Assembly (NCBI GenBank): GCA_031430855.1
Contig: JANPCG010000004.1
Coordinates: 10,845-74,844, forward strand
Length of the DNA stretch: 64,000 bases
Source of the DNA: Candidatus Kaiserbacteria bacterium
GTDB taxonomy: Bacteria; Patescibacteriota; Minisyncoccia; Phycocordibacterales; UBA918
Reading direction: 5' to 3'
This document shows positions 37,905 through 47,116 of the stretch, piece after piece. The notes beneath the pieces are model-generated. The model made no database searches and was not told the DNA's origin. It saw only the letters and a list, made by a program, of their open reading frames with translations. Positions within the stretch are counted from its first letter, which is position 1. Each line of letters opens with the position of its first letter. Position numbers and translations under genes: made by a program.

Positions 37905-39026
37905 ATGAAAGAAGCCTTTTCTTTAAAAGACCACCTGTTTAACCAAGCGTCAGTATCATATTTGGCTGATTTATTTGTGGCTACCGACCCGCAATTTAAT
38001 AAAAAGAAGTTTGTTGTTCAGGTAGTAGGTAGGTTTCCTCAATTAGAGCTCAAGGAGCGTATCGGATGGATTACCGAAGTGCTAAGTACCTATTTACCCA
38101 CGGACCCTGGTGCTGCGCTGAAACTAATCGTTGCTGCTCTACCTACTCCCTTAGATCCCAACAAAACCGATGATGATTTTGGAAGATTTATTTTTGCACC
38201 CTTGGGTGAGTTTGTGGTTCGATATGGCTGTACAAAAAAGTATCTAAAGCAATCGCTCGCCACCTTGAAGCAGTTGACGATGCGGTTTTCGATGGAGGAC
38301 GCAATGCGGACATTTTTGAATACCTTTCCAACCGAAACATTAGCCGAATATGACAGATGGGTCAACGATAAAAATTATCACGTTAGACGTTTGGTAAGTG
38401 AAAGTGCGCGACCGAGTTTACCGTGGTCTCAAAAAATTGGGATTGACTATAAGGTGGTTATAAAATATCCTGATCTTCTGTATGCGGATTCAACTCGGTA
38501 TGTCGTGCGTTCGGTCGCAAATCATCTGAACGATGTCAGTAAAAAAGATTCGGAACTGGTGGTATCGACACTCAAGCGCTGGCATAAAGAGAAAAACCAA
38601 AATCCACTCGAACTTGATTGGCTTACGCGACACGCGCTACGAACGCTGGTAAAGTGGGGAGACATAAAGGCTCTGGCACTCCTGGGGTATACTACACACA
38701 CGGTACCGGTCGTTTCAAACTTCGTAGTGCCTAAAAAAGTAGCAAAAGGTGATCGGTTGGTATTCTCTTTTGATGTAATCTCGAGCATTTCCCAAAACCT
38801 ACTGATTGACTACGTCATTGATTTTGTAAAATTAAATGGCACAACGAAACCAAAAGTATTTAAGATTAAAAAAATAATGGCACTCCCTAATGCCATTATT
38901 TCAGTTCAAAAAAATCATCATCTTAAAGCTGATGCAACTACCTTTAAACTCAATGCTGGAACCCATTGCCTCACGATTCAAATAAACGGCCAAAAATTAA
39001 CGACTGTCCAATTCGAGATTGTTTAA
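37905..39026 (+). CDS. DNA alkylation repair (AlkC/AlkD-like HEAT-repeat) family protein, tentative
   Basis: 373-aa predicted all-helical repeat protein. It has some family-like segments (…NDKNYHVRRLVSESARPSLPW…). An extended -10 box TGATATACT lies at about 37872. Its neighbour is an ATL protein. The assignment rests on weak sequence recollection plus context. Confidence 0.4.
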   Translation: MKEAFSLKDHLFNQASVSYLADLFVATDPQFNKKKFVVQVVGRFPQLELKERIGWITEVLSTYLPTDPGAALKLIVAALPTPLDPNKTDDDFGRFIFAPLGEFVVRYGCTKKYLKQSLATLKQLTMRFSMEDAMRTFLNTFPTETLAEYDRWVNDKNYHVRRLVSESARPSLPWSQKIGIDYKVVIKYPDLLYADSTRYVVRSVANHLNDVSKKDSELVVSTLKRWHKEKNQNPLELDWLTRHALRTLVKWGDIKALALLGYTTHTVPVVSNFVVPKKVAKGDRLVFSFDVISSISQNLLIDYVIDFVKLNGTTKPKVFKIKKIMALPNAIISVQKNHHLKADATTFKLNAGTHCLTIQINGQKLTTVQFEIV

Positions 39027-39029
39027 ACG

Positions 39030-39090
39030 ATGTGGAGTAAAAGAAGGAGGCAAGACTTCCTACTGGGGGAGGTCTTGCCTCCTTCTTAGT
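39030..39090. terminator. Strong bidirectional terminator
   Basis: aagaaggaggcaagacttcc…ggtcttgcctccttctt, a roughly 17-bp stem between convergent genes. Confidence 0.7.
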
Positions 39091-39095
39091 TTTGC

Positions 39096-39419
39096 TTAAT
39101 TGAGTTCGGAGAAGTCGTAGAAGATTTCTTCAAAATCGATGATGAAGCCGCGGGAGTTTAATGTAATACCTTCACGTTTATACAGTTTCAAGCGCACGTT
39201 CTCATATTCAGGATTCATCCAGACACGACCGCCGGCATACACAATCCGGTGCCACGGAATAACTTTAGGATTAGGTGCTTTTCCGAGGATGCTCGAGATA
39301 CTTCGCGCGGCCATTCCGCCACCACCAGCGGCTTTGGCAATCGCCCCATAGGTCGTTACTCTTCCGGCTGGTATAGCTAGGGCGAGTTCGTAGACACGCT
39401 GACTAAATTCTCGAGCCAT
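39096..39419 (-). CDS. alkyltransferase-like (ATL) protein: O6-alkylguanine-binding, catalytically inactive MGMT homologue
   Basis: MGMT/Ogt C-terminal DNA-binding domain fold sequence with PWHRIV in place of the canonical PCHRV, so Trp replaces the alkyl-acceptor Cys as in Atl1/YbaZ. The helix-turn-helix region is TYGAIAKAAGGGGMAARS. A TTG alternative start exists at 39443. Confidence 0.7.
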   Translation of the reverse strand: MAREFSQRVYELALAIPAGRVTTYGAIAKAAGGGGMAARSISSILGKAPNPKVIPWHRIVYAGGRVWMNPEYENVRLKLYKREGITLNSRGFIIDFEEIFYDFSELN

Positions 39420-39478
39420 ATATTGCTGGTATAGTAGTGACAATAGGGTTTTTAAAAAGTAAGGGGTCGAACCCCTTA

Positions 39479-40069
39479 CTAATCTGAAGGGCCCGATCCT
39501 TCAGATTTTTGTGGGGGGTTAGGGAGAGAACCAAGAAATTCAATGAGATTGGTGATATGTTCTTCAATCGTAACACCAAAACCCGCGACGGCGTTATGGA
39601 TATGTTCGCGGCTAATACCGGGGGCAAACCTGGGTTCGTCGAGTCGTTTTTTGATTGATGAGACTTTCATATCACCGAACGGAATTGGATTTAGTTTTTG
39701 GTACGCGTAAAAAATACCACAGATTTCATCGCACGCCACGAGGGCCCAGTCGAGTTTACTTTCTGGTTTAATGGTATATCCATTAAACCCATCGGCGTGG
39801 GCCAAGACCGCTTGGATTAATTCTGGAGGAAACTGGAGGTCTTTAAGCCAGTTGAGTGATGGGCCAGGATGCTCAGTTGGATGTTCGTCATAATCAATGT
39901 CGTGTAAATATCCCGTGAGCCACCAGAGGTGAGCGTCTTCACCTAATTTCAGAGCGTAGCCTTCGACCGCTCGACCAACCATTTCGGCATGGAATTGTTG
40001 ATAGGTGTCGCGAACGTGAGAGGTGAGTAATGCTTGGGCTTCATCTTTGGTGGGTAGGGGAGTATTCAT
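39479..40069 (-). CDS. HD-domain phosphohydrolase
   Basis: H…HD motif (…WWLTGYLHDIDYDEHPTEH…) and a terminator hairpin gtaaggggtcgaaccccttac after the stop. Confidence 0.72.
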   Translation of the reverse strand: MNTPLPTKDEAQALLTSHVRDTYQQFHAEMVGRAVEGYALKLGEDAHLWWLTGYLHDIDYDEHPTEHPGPSLNWLKDLQFPPELIQAVLAHADGFNGYTIKPESKLDWALVACDEICGIFYAYQKLNPIPFGDMKVSSIKKRLDEPRFAPGISREHIHNAVAGFGVTIEEHITNLIEFLGSLPNPPQKSEGSGPSD

Positions 40070-40172
40070 AATTTTTAGTATACCAAATCACCAAAATTAC
40101 ACTATATAAAAACGGACCAAAGTCACCCAAAAGGGGGAATGGTCCGCTGCCCGAGCTTAACGGGTTGCTTGG

Positions 40173-40688
40173 TTATTCTATGGGCTTCAGAACTTCGTAG
40201 GTCAGCCCCTTGAGGAGACCAATTTCTTCGGCAGAACGTCCGCCGCCAAGGGCTTCAAGAAGCCCTCTCGACAAATCGGGACGTTTGGTAACGTGTTCTC
40301 CGCCTCTGTCTTGCACCACTGCCAACCGGCTAATACCTGTGTTGGGATTGCTAATGCGCAAGATCGTTCCCTTGGGTAGGGAGTTAAAGGCGACAACGGT
40401 CACGTCACACTCGTGATAGAGCGTGCCTGAAGCCATGGGATTCCGGTTATGATACCGGCTGGCGTAGTAACTGCCGTCAGCCTTGAACGTTTTGACCGTT
40501 TCAAAACTTTTGGCTTCGAGATACGGATGACTGTCAAAGAGCACTTGGCACTGGGTGCCTTTTTTGTGCTGACTGAAGTCACGCTCGTATCCATGCCCCG
40601 GTTGAGGCTTCGCCACCGCACTACTGGCCGCCAGTGCAAGACTGACGGCAACGAGGGTAGTGACGAACTTACTTCGGATATTGAGCAT
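40173..40688 (-). CDS. RlpA-like double-psi beta-barrel protein (lytic transglycosylase-like), exported
   Basis: Signal peptide MLNIRSKFVTTLVAVSLALAASSAVA. The DPBB core is SYYASRYHNRNPMASGTLYHECDVTVVAFNSLPKGTILRISNPNTGISRLAVVQDRGG. An AAGGAG ribosome-binding site lies 7 nt upstream of the ATG at 40688; the track's 40760 start adds a basic, non-signal extension. Confidence 0.7.
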   Translation of the reverse strand: MLNIRSKFVTTLVAVSLALAASSAVAKPQPGHGYERDFSQHKKGTQCQVLFDSHPYLEAKSFETVKTFKADGSYYASRYHNRNPMASGTLYHECDVTVVAFNSLPKGTILRISNPNTGISRLAVVQDRGGEHVTKRPDLSRGLLEALGGGRSAEEIGLLKGLTYEVLKPIE

Positions 40689-40846
40689 TCCTATGCTCCT
40701 TCTATTGTTGCGGGTGCTTCTTTGGTCTTTTCTACACTCCTTCCGAACACTAAGACGCACGAACAGGAAAAGTCTTACAGAATCAGGGAGTGGAATAATA
40801 TGGCTTTAAATATGGCTTTTATCTCTATGTGGTACACTTACCCTAT

Positions 40847-41596
40847 ATGCGACTGCTGATATTTTTAGTAATTATTATCATATTTGCCCTTGTAATCTGG
40901 CTCACTGGTGCCTTGAGGCTGGGAAAAACCCTCTATCTGATCCTCCGAATTACCCCCTATGAACAAACGGTAACTGGGTCGCCAGCAATCCTCATTGTGG
41001 GAGATAGTACTGGGTATGGTACCGGAGCAGAAGTGGGTAAAGATAGTATTGCGGGTTTGATAGGGTCTGATTACTCGGCATACTCAGTCGTCAACCGAAG
41101 TAAAAACGGACGGACGATTGGGGAAGCGGTGGAAGAAATGAAAAAACTACCATCAGACGAACGATACGAACTAATAGTGTTACAAATGGGAAGTAACGAT
41201 ATTTTGCAGAAACGACCGCTCGATGTTGTAAGGAGCGATCTCTCATTACTATTCGCAATAGCGCTCGAGCATAGTGATCACGTGGTAATGATCACATGTG
41301 GAAACGTGGGTACCGCTTCGAGGTTTGCGGGTACGAAACGAGCGCTTGAGTACGAGCAGCTGACTCGTCTATATCGAGAAATGGTAATCCCTCTCGCGGC
41401 AGAATCCGGTGTGCGATACGTTGATTTATTTGAAGAGCCGGGGGTTGATATGTTTTTGCGTGAACCAAAAAAATATCTCTCTATCGACGGCCTGCACCCA
41501 AGTAGTGCCGGGTATGCCTATTGGTACGAGCGCTTGCAGCCAGCCCTCGTCAGTATGCTTCCGCGTACTCCTACCACCACGCCATCCAACCCTTGA
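40847..41596 (+). CDS. SGNH/GDSL-family hydrolase, membrane-anchored
   Basis: Block I ILIVGDSTGYG, block III NRSKNGRT, block V LQMGSNDIL…DGLHPS, and an N-terminal TM helix. Confidence 0.75.
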   Translation: MRLLIFLVIIIIFALVIWLTGALRLGKTLYLILRITPYEQTVTGSPAILIVGDSTGYGTGAEVGKDSIAGLIGSDYSAYSVVNRSKNGRTIGEAVEEMKKLPSDERYELIVLQMGSNDILQKRPLDVVRSDLSLLFAIALEHSDHVVMITCGNVGTASRFAGTKRALEYEQLTRLYREMVIPLAAESGVRYVDLFEEPGVDMFLREPKKYLSIDGLHPSSAGYAYWYERLQPALVSMLPRTPTTTPSNP

Positions 41597-42251
41597 GCGC
41601 CTGAATAATTCCTTGCGATTCTGTTTTGGCGAGATCAGCTACTTCACACGTGAGTCCACAGCTTTCAGTCGGTGGTACGCCTTTTTCGGGACAGGTGCCC
41701 GAATACATACAGGCCATTTCTGTAATTTCTCCGACGTATTTTTGAATATTAGAGTCAGCAGGGTCTCCGTAGTAGAGTAAAATCCGGTCTTCTTCGTTAA
41801 TTATATAGTCGGTAATATTGGTAACGCGTTCGCCATTCACTATTAAAAGTAGGGAATTAGTGCCCTTAGAGCAGTGTTGTGTGCCGGTATCTTCAGTAAA
41901 GCAGTCGTTTGTCAGCTTCATTCCAATTGAATCAAAAAAATCAGTGAGGGTTACGCCATCAGCATGGCGATGAATAACTTCATCGTTACCATCGTGGAAA
42001 TGAAGTGATGCGTGATGGGTAAGTTCAGGATTAGACTGATAACGCGGATCGGTAAAGCGTAGTCGGATGTCCCCAACATAAACGCGAACGTCAGAATGAA
42101 CATGTACTTCGGTGTCGGTACTTGTTGCTATGGGATGAGTAGTACTGCTCCTTAAAGTGCCAAGGGCATAGGCGCCGAGCAGTAATGTAAAAAGTCCAGC
42201 CAAAAGAGCCTTAACGTTAGTCTGGCGTAATGATGATGTTATTTTATTCAT
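41571..42251 (-). CDS. exported His-rich hypothetical protein
   Basis: N-terminal signal/TM segment (…LLAGLFTLLLGAYALG). Multiple His clusters (HVHSDVRVYVGD, THHASLHFHDG, IHRHADG) suggest metal binding. Its 3' end overlaps the convergent SGNH gene by 26 nt. Confidence 0.5.
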   Translation of the reverse strand: MNKITSSLRQTNVKALLAGLFTLLLGAYALGTLRSSTTHPIATSTDTEVHVHSDVRVYVGDIRLRFTDPRYQSNPELTHHASLHFHDGNDEVIHRHADGVTLTDFFDSIGMKLTNDCFTEDTGTQHCSKGTNSLLLIVNGERVTNITDYIINEEDRILLYYGDPADSNIQKYVGEITEMACMYSGTCPEKGVPPTESCGLTCEVADLAKTESQGIIQALKGWMAWW

Positions 42252-42288
42252 GATACCTACATAGTAATCCTAATTGGAGTTGCGTCAA

Positions 42289-43164
42289 TTAAAAATTGGT
42301 ATCCCGATACAGGGTATTCTCAACTAACGTAAACGTGGCCACTCCGAGCTGTTCAGTGCTGGCAATTGCTTCAAATTGGTCGGGAGGCATAATTAACGCT
42401 ACGGTTGCAAAAGCGTCGGCATCCCGTGCCGTGGGTGCTTTTATAAATGTCGCATCAGCTATTAATAGATTATCGCTCTCAGTAATAATATGAGAATAAA
42501 CTTTTCCGTCTGTTTTCCAGGTTCGTTTATGTGGACTACTGGCCGCAAATCCCTGATTACGTATGGTGGTGGTTTCTATATAAGTAGTTGGTTCAGTTGG
42601 ATGTTCCAGGTAGATGGTTATCGGTTGATCATTTTCACTCGTTGCAAACATGTCACCTCCACCATTAATGAGGAAGTAGGAGAGCTGGTGTTGGTTTTGT
42701 AGATATTCAGCCAGGAGATCAATGACGTAGCCTTTACCAAATCCGCCAATATCAACCTGTCCTGTATGTAGGGTAATCTGTTCCGGTCTAATCGTTAGCG
42801 AATTATGGGGCGAGGGAAGGGGAGTCGTAAACGCCTTGCCAACAAAAGAGTAGGTACTATCGTAGCCGTGCGCACTCAGTTTTTCACCAATCATCACGTT
42901 AAATTTACCCTGCGTACGGTCAAATAACGTAATCCCATAGGTGAGGAGATTAATAAATTCAGTCGGAGGATTAATGAGAACTCCCGTCAGATTAAGCTGA
43001 CTTATGAGTGAATCGGGTCGAAATCGTGAGTACCGTTGTTCAAATTCCGACAGCAAAAACTCACAGCCATTTACTGTGGCGGCGCGCTTCACATCAGAAA
43101 TGTCATCAAATATTTCAATCCACCACCGGGTCCCCAGAGCATCGATGGTAAACGGAAGAGACAT
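42289..43164 (-). CDS. apbE: FAD:protein FMN transferase (ApbE family)
   Basis: ApbE signatures …IGGFGKGYVIDLLAEYL…FLINGGGDMFATSE… in a roughly 290-aa product. Confidence 0.85.
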   Translation of the reverse strand: MSLPFTIDALGTRWWIEIFDDISDVKRAATVNGCEFLLSEFEQRYSRFRPDSLISQLNLTGVLINPPTEFINLLTYGITLFDRTQGKFNVMIGEKLSAHGYDSTYSFVGKAFTTPLPSPHNSLTIRPEQITLHTGQVDIGGFGKGYVIDLLAEYLQNQHQLSYFLINGGGDMFATSENDQPITIYLEHPTEPTTYIETTTIRNQGFAASSPHKRTWKTDGKVYSHIITESDNLLIADATFIKAPTARDADAFATVALIMPPDQFEAIASTEQLGVATFTLVENTLYRDTNF

Positions 43165-43168
43165 TCGT

Positions 43169-43768
43169 TTAGAGGCGGGCGTCAGCTGCTACTTCGACCA
43201 AAGCCTTATTGAATGCTCCGGTAGTGAGTGAAGCGCCTCCCACTCGAGAGAGTGAAATACTTTCAAGGCTCTTTCCCAACACTTGTGCTTTGTAGGCATC
43301 ACTAAATTTCTTTTGGTAGTTGGTCGAGGTGTCAGCAGTCTCACCACTATAGGTTACGTTACTTGCGGTTACGATGTCGTTTGCGAGAGTGAGCGAAACA
43401 TTTATCTCGTGTGTTGTTCGACTCGGAGCGACGTAGGTGGTTGTGACATTGTAGGTGCCATTTTTGAATGTTGTGGCGGGTGCAACCGATGTTGTTACTG
43501 GCTTACTGACAGGCGGGGTGGAAGGAGTGGTTAGAGTCGTTTCCGGTTTTGTGGTGGGTGTAACTGGTGCCGTCGTTGTGGTTTCAGTTGTAACGACGGT
43601 ATTGGTTTCTACAGGGGTTGAAGTTGGAGTTTCAATCGCTGGGGCAGTGTCTTCTACTCGGGTGATTGGTGTAGTTGTGGCAGGTTTTGGGCCAGATAAA
43701 TAATACCCACCAAGACCGAGAGCGACCAAGATTCCTACAATGACAAGAACAAATGGCATACAATACAA
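43169..43768 (-). CDS. membrane-anchored Thr/Pro-rich protein with a C-terminal FMN-binding (FMN_bind) domain; likely ApbE flavinylation substrate
   Basis: N-terminal TM helix, a roughly 80-aa T/P-rich linker, then an FMN_bind-like domain (GTYNVTTTY…ETADTSTNYQKKFSDAYKAQVLGKSLESISLSRVGGASLTTGAFNKALVEVA) with an SGAT-like GGAS flavinylation motif. It lies 4 nt downstream of apbE. Confidence 0.6.
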   Translation of the reverse strand: MYCMPFVLVIVGILVALGLGGYYLSGPKPATTTPITRVEDTAPAIETPTSTPVETNTVVTTETTTTAPVTPTTKPETTLTTPSTPPVSKPVTTSVAPATTFKNGTYNVTTTYVAPSRTTHEINVSLTLANDIVTASNVTYSGETADTSTNYQKKFSDAYKAQVLGKSLESISLSRVGGASLTTGAFNKALVEVAADARL

Positions 43769-43851
43769 AAAATTATATTAGTTAACGTGCATAGTATATC
43801 GTATTGCGATAGTGGTGCCAAACGAAGTGTGTTTTCTGATATACTTTTACT

Positions 43852-45363
43852 ATGAAAATACTTACGTACCCAGTACCGGTAATTGAATCCTGGATTGATC
43901 GTACTAATATGTATCTCATCGTGCTCTATGGCCTTGGTGGCATGTTTTTGTATGCGTTTGTGCTCTCGCTGGTCGGTAGTCTTTCCGTCACTCCAGGACC
44001 ATTAATTGCTTCAGTTCTGGTACTTATGTTGAGTGCTGGAATTACCAGCGTCGTGAGTGGAAAAATTGCCGGCGTCACCGCCCATCATCCATCATCAGTT
44101 ATTACGGCACTGATCCTGTTTTTTTTAATGAGCCCTGCCACCACGACCAATGAATATTTGGTACTGGCTGCTGTTGCGGCGCTCGCAGTGATCTCAAAAT
44201 ATGTTTTTAGCTATCGCCGACAACATATTTTTAATGCCGCAGGGCTCGCTGTTTGGTTGATGGCACTTCTTGGCTATGGTGCAGCGTCCTGGTGGGTAGG
44301 TACTCCCTTGTTATTTGTTCCCCTGCTTGTAGCTGGAGTCATGGTAGTAACTAAAGTACGAGCCTGGCCACTCGTACTGTCTTTTCTCGGTGTTGGATTT
44401 ACTACTTTCCTGTTTGAAGAGTGGCGTTTTGGGAATGATTTCACCGCAACGTGGTCGATTTATTTTCTCGCGTACCCAACGCTGTTTCTGGGTTTTTTTA
44501 TGCTTACTGAACCGTTTACACTGCCACCGACGCGGTCGCTAAAGATGGGATACGGTGCCCTCGTTGGATTTCTGTCGAGTACCGCTCTCTTTGTCCCGTT
44601 TCTTACAATGACTCCCGAGCTTGCACTTTTGCTCGGTAACCTCGTTGCCTATCCCTATACGTTACGGCGCAAGCTGTATCTCTCGTTTATTTCAAAACGT
44701 GAGATTGGGCCACTTCTGTATGAGTATACGTTTGAAAAACCAGCCGGGTTTACTTTTAAGTCGGGTCAATACCTAGAGTGGATGCTCCCTCATGCTAAGG
44801 TGGACGGTCGCGGAATTCGTCGTTACTTTACTATTCTCTCGTCAGCAACCGAACCAGTGGTCAGGCTGGCATGCAAAGTACCTGCCCTGGGGAGTAGTTA
44901 CAAGCGGGCGCTCGAGGAGTTAAATAAAGGAGACAGCATCATTGCGAGTCAGTTGGCAGGTGATTTTTTACTGCCACAAGACCCACATAAAAAAATTGCT
45001 TGGGTGGCGGGAGGGATTGGTGTTACTCCGTTTGTGAGTCAATCAAATTGGCTCCAAGCAACCAATATAAAATGTAATATTATTTTATTGTATGCGGCTT
45101 ATACTACTGAAGAACTGGTCTACCAGGATGTTCTCGAAAAATCAGCCACTCTCATTCCTGTGCTCGCTCAGGGAGTAGTTCCCGGTTCTGAATCAGGGTA
45201 TATCACGGCAGACATAATCGCTCGGCGGACACCTGATTTTAAAGAACGTACGTGGTACATTTCCGGTCCTCCCGGTATGGTGTCGGCTACCGCTATAGCG
45301 CTTCGTTCGCTCGGTGTGTCGAAGCGACGGATTGTTAAAGATTTCTTCCCCGGTTTGGCCTAA
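43852..45363 (+). CDS. integral-membrane oxidoreductase: N-terminal polytopic TM domain fused to a ferredoxin-NADP reductase-like FAD/NAD(P)-binding domain
   Basis: About 270 aa with 8-9 TM helices, then the FNR-like module: FAD-binding RRYFTILSS (RxYS), NAD-binding GGIGVTP, C-terminal WYISGPPGMV. Divergent from the apbE operon. Confidence 0.75.
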   Translation: MKILTYPVPVIESWIDRTNMYLIVLYGLGGMFLYAFVLSLVGSLSVTPGPLIASVLVLMLSAGITSVVSGKIAGVTAHHPSSVITALILFFLMSPATTTNEYLVLAAVAALAVISKYVFSYRRQHIFNAAGLAVWLMALLGYGAASWWVGTPLLFVPLLVAGVMVVTKVRAWPLVLSFLGVGFTTFLFEEWRFGNDFTATWSIYFLAYPTLFLGFFMLTEPFTLPPTRSLKMGYGALVGFLSSTALFVPFLTMTPELALLLGNLVAYPYTLRRKLYLSFISKREIGPLLYEYTFEKPAGFTFKSGQYLEWMLPHAKVDGRGIRRYFTILSSATEPVVRLACKVPALGSSYKRALEELNKGDSIIASQLAGDFLLPQDPHKKIAWVAGGIGVTPFVSQSNWLQATNIKCNIILLYAAYTTEELVYQDVLEKSATLIPVLAQGVVPGSESGYITADIIARRTPDFKERTWYISGPPGMVSATAIALRSLGVSKRRIVKDFFPGLA

Positions 45364-45420
45364 GCGAGTACGAAGTTGATGACTGCGCGATGTATACTTG
45401 AACGAGGATTGTATCATTGT

Positions 45421-46758
45421 ATGAAATTTTCACTCACTAACTCAATCGCCATTGAAACGAGCGTTATAACTACGCAGGGACTTTCTTTGGCGGGATACAT
45501 TACTCAGCTACGCACAGTGGCTGACACCGGTAGTTATGGCGCACTGGAGTCGTCAATTAATTTACCCGCTGATGATGATTTATTAGATCAGGTAGAAAAA
45601 TTAGCGGTATCGTTTATTACTCCTGACTTACGATTTGTATTTGTGATTGGAATCGGAGGTTCAAACTTAGGTACCAAAGCAATCTATGATGCGCTGTATG
45701 GTGCTCGTGATGTTACAGAGCACAGTAAACCCAAATTAATTTTTGTTGATACCAATGACGCTGCCCTCCTCACTGCCTATCGAGACTTGATTTGGTCGTG
45801 CACTCATGCGACGGAGTGTCTCCTTATTAGCGTCAGTAAATCAGGTGGTACCACCGAGACGTTGGCAAACACCGAAATCTTGCTGGGAGTATTCCGGGAG
45901 AAATGGAAAACTGATACTGACCGCCTCGTGGTGATTGCAGATGCAGAATCTCCCTATGGAGTAGCTGCTCGCGCGAAGGGAATCGCGACACTCACGATGC
46001 CAACTATTGTAGGTGGCCGCTTCTCAGTTCTTTCGGCAGTCGGATTATTCCCACTCGCGATAATGGGGCTTCCTATCAAAGAGTTGCATGCTGGTGCTGC
46101 TGAGCTCAGATTAAAATGTATCCATCCTGATATTGCTCATAATCCTGCAGCACAATCCGCTTTAGTATTGGCCGCTTGTTATGAAAAGGGAATGGTTATT
46201 CATGATACGTTTGTGTTTCAGAGTGGATTAGAGTCACTTGGTTTTTGGTATCGACAATTGTTGGGTGAAAGTATTGGTAAAGAACAGAAAACGGGAGAGC
46301 TGGTTGGGATTACTCCGACGGTATCAGTTGGTTCAACGGATCTTCATTCTGTTGGTCAGTTGTATCTCGGTGGTCCTCGTGACAAAATCACTTCGTTTGT
46401 GTTTGGAACGTTTGATCATCAGATGCCCAAAGTGCCACAAGAACGGCGCGTTTTTCCCGAGCTCGTGCCTATGATTGCGGGAAAATCAACCGACACGATT
46501 ATGAGCGCAATCTTGGCCGGTACTAAAGTGGCCTATAATAATCGAAAACTGCCGTTTATGGAGGTAGAATTAGAGGGAATTACTCTCCATGAGTTGGGTG
46601 CATTTATGCAATTCAAAATGATTGAAGTAATGTACCTTGGTCATCTTCTTAAGGTTAATCCCTTTGATCAACCGGCAGTAGAACTGTATAAAATAGAGAC
46701 AAAAAAGATTCTCGAGATACCGGAGCCCGTAGTGCTGACAGCTGGTGATGTTGCCTAA
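45421..46758 (+). CDS. pgi: glucose-6-phosphate isomerase
   Basis: SIS-domain signatures (…LISVSKSGGTTETLAN…, GGRFSVLSAVGL) and C-terminal catalytic region. The start is uncertain (45376 or 45421). Confidence 0.85.
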   Translation: MKFSLTNSIAIETSVITTQGLSLAGYITQLRTVADTGSYGALESSINLPADDDLLDQVEKLAVSFITPDLRFVFVIGIGGSNLGTKAIYDALYGARDVTEHSKPKLIFVDTNDAALLTAYRDLIWSCTHATECLLISVSKSGGTTETLANTEILLGVFREKWKTDTDRLVVIADAESPYGVAARAKGIATLTMPTIVGGRFSVLSAVGLFPLAIMGLPIKELHAGAAELRLKCIHPDIAHNPAAQSALVLAACYEKGMVIHDTFVFQSGLESLGFWYRQLLGESIGKEQKTGELVGITPTVSVGSTDLHSVGQLYLGGPRDKITSFVFGTFDHQMPKVPQERRVFPELVPMIAGKSTDTIMSAILAGTKVAYNNRKLPFMEVELEGITLHELGAFMQFKMIEVMYLGHLLKVNPFDQPAVELYKIETKKILEIPEPVVLTAGDVA

Positions 46759-46791
46759 GACGGCAGTGTATTTATGATACACTGACAATAT

Positions 46792-47037
46792 ATGAGAGAA
46801 TCACACCGCCGAAGTATTGCTAAAGGTATCACCTGGAGAATTGTAGCGTCCGTAACCACGATGGTGGTTGTTTTTGTTATTACTGGCGACTTGGCCTTAA
46901 TGGCAAGTGTGGGGTTTGTTGACGTGACCTTTAAAATCCTTTTTTACTACTTGCACGAACGGTTTTGGGGCAGGGTACACTGGGGACTCTTGGGGACAGA
47001 GCCAAATCTCAGTTCAGATTCTCCTACTAAGTCCTAG
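46792..47037 (+). CDS. DUF2061-type small membrane protein
   Basis: RRSIAKGITWRIVASVTTMVVVFVITGDLALMASVGFVDVTFKILFYYLHERFWGRVHW matches the DUF2061 pattern (R.S..K..TWR…TT…TG…YY.HER.W). It sits immediately upstream of the atp operon. Confidence 0.55.
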   Translation: MRESHRRSIAKGITWRIVASVTTMVVVFVITGDLALMASVGFVDVTFKILFYYLHERFWGRVHWGLLGTEPNLSSDSPTKS

Positions 47038-47116
47038 GTTTGTCACCAGGAATGCTTTGCACTCCGTAGTATCTCTGGTATGATGCGGGCGGCGCCTTGA
47101 ATGTGCCAAAAAAGCC

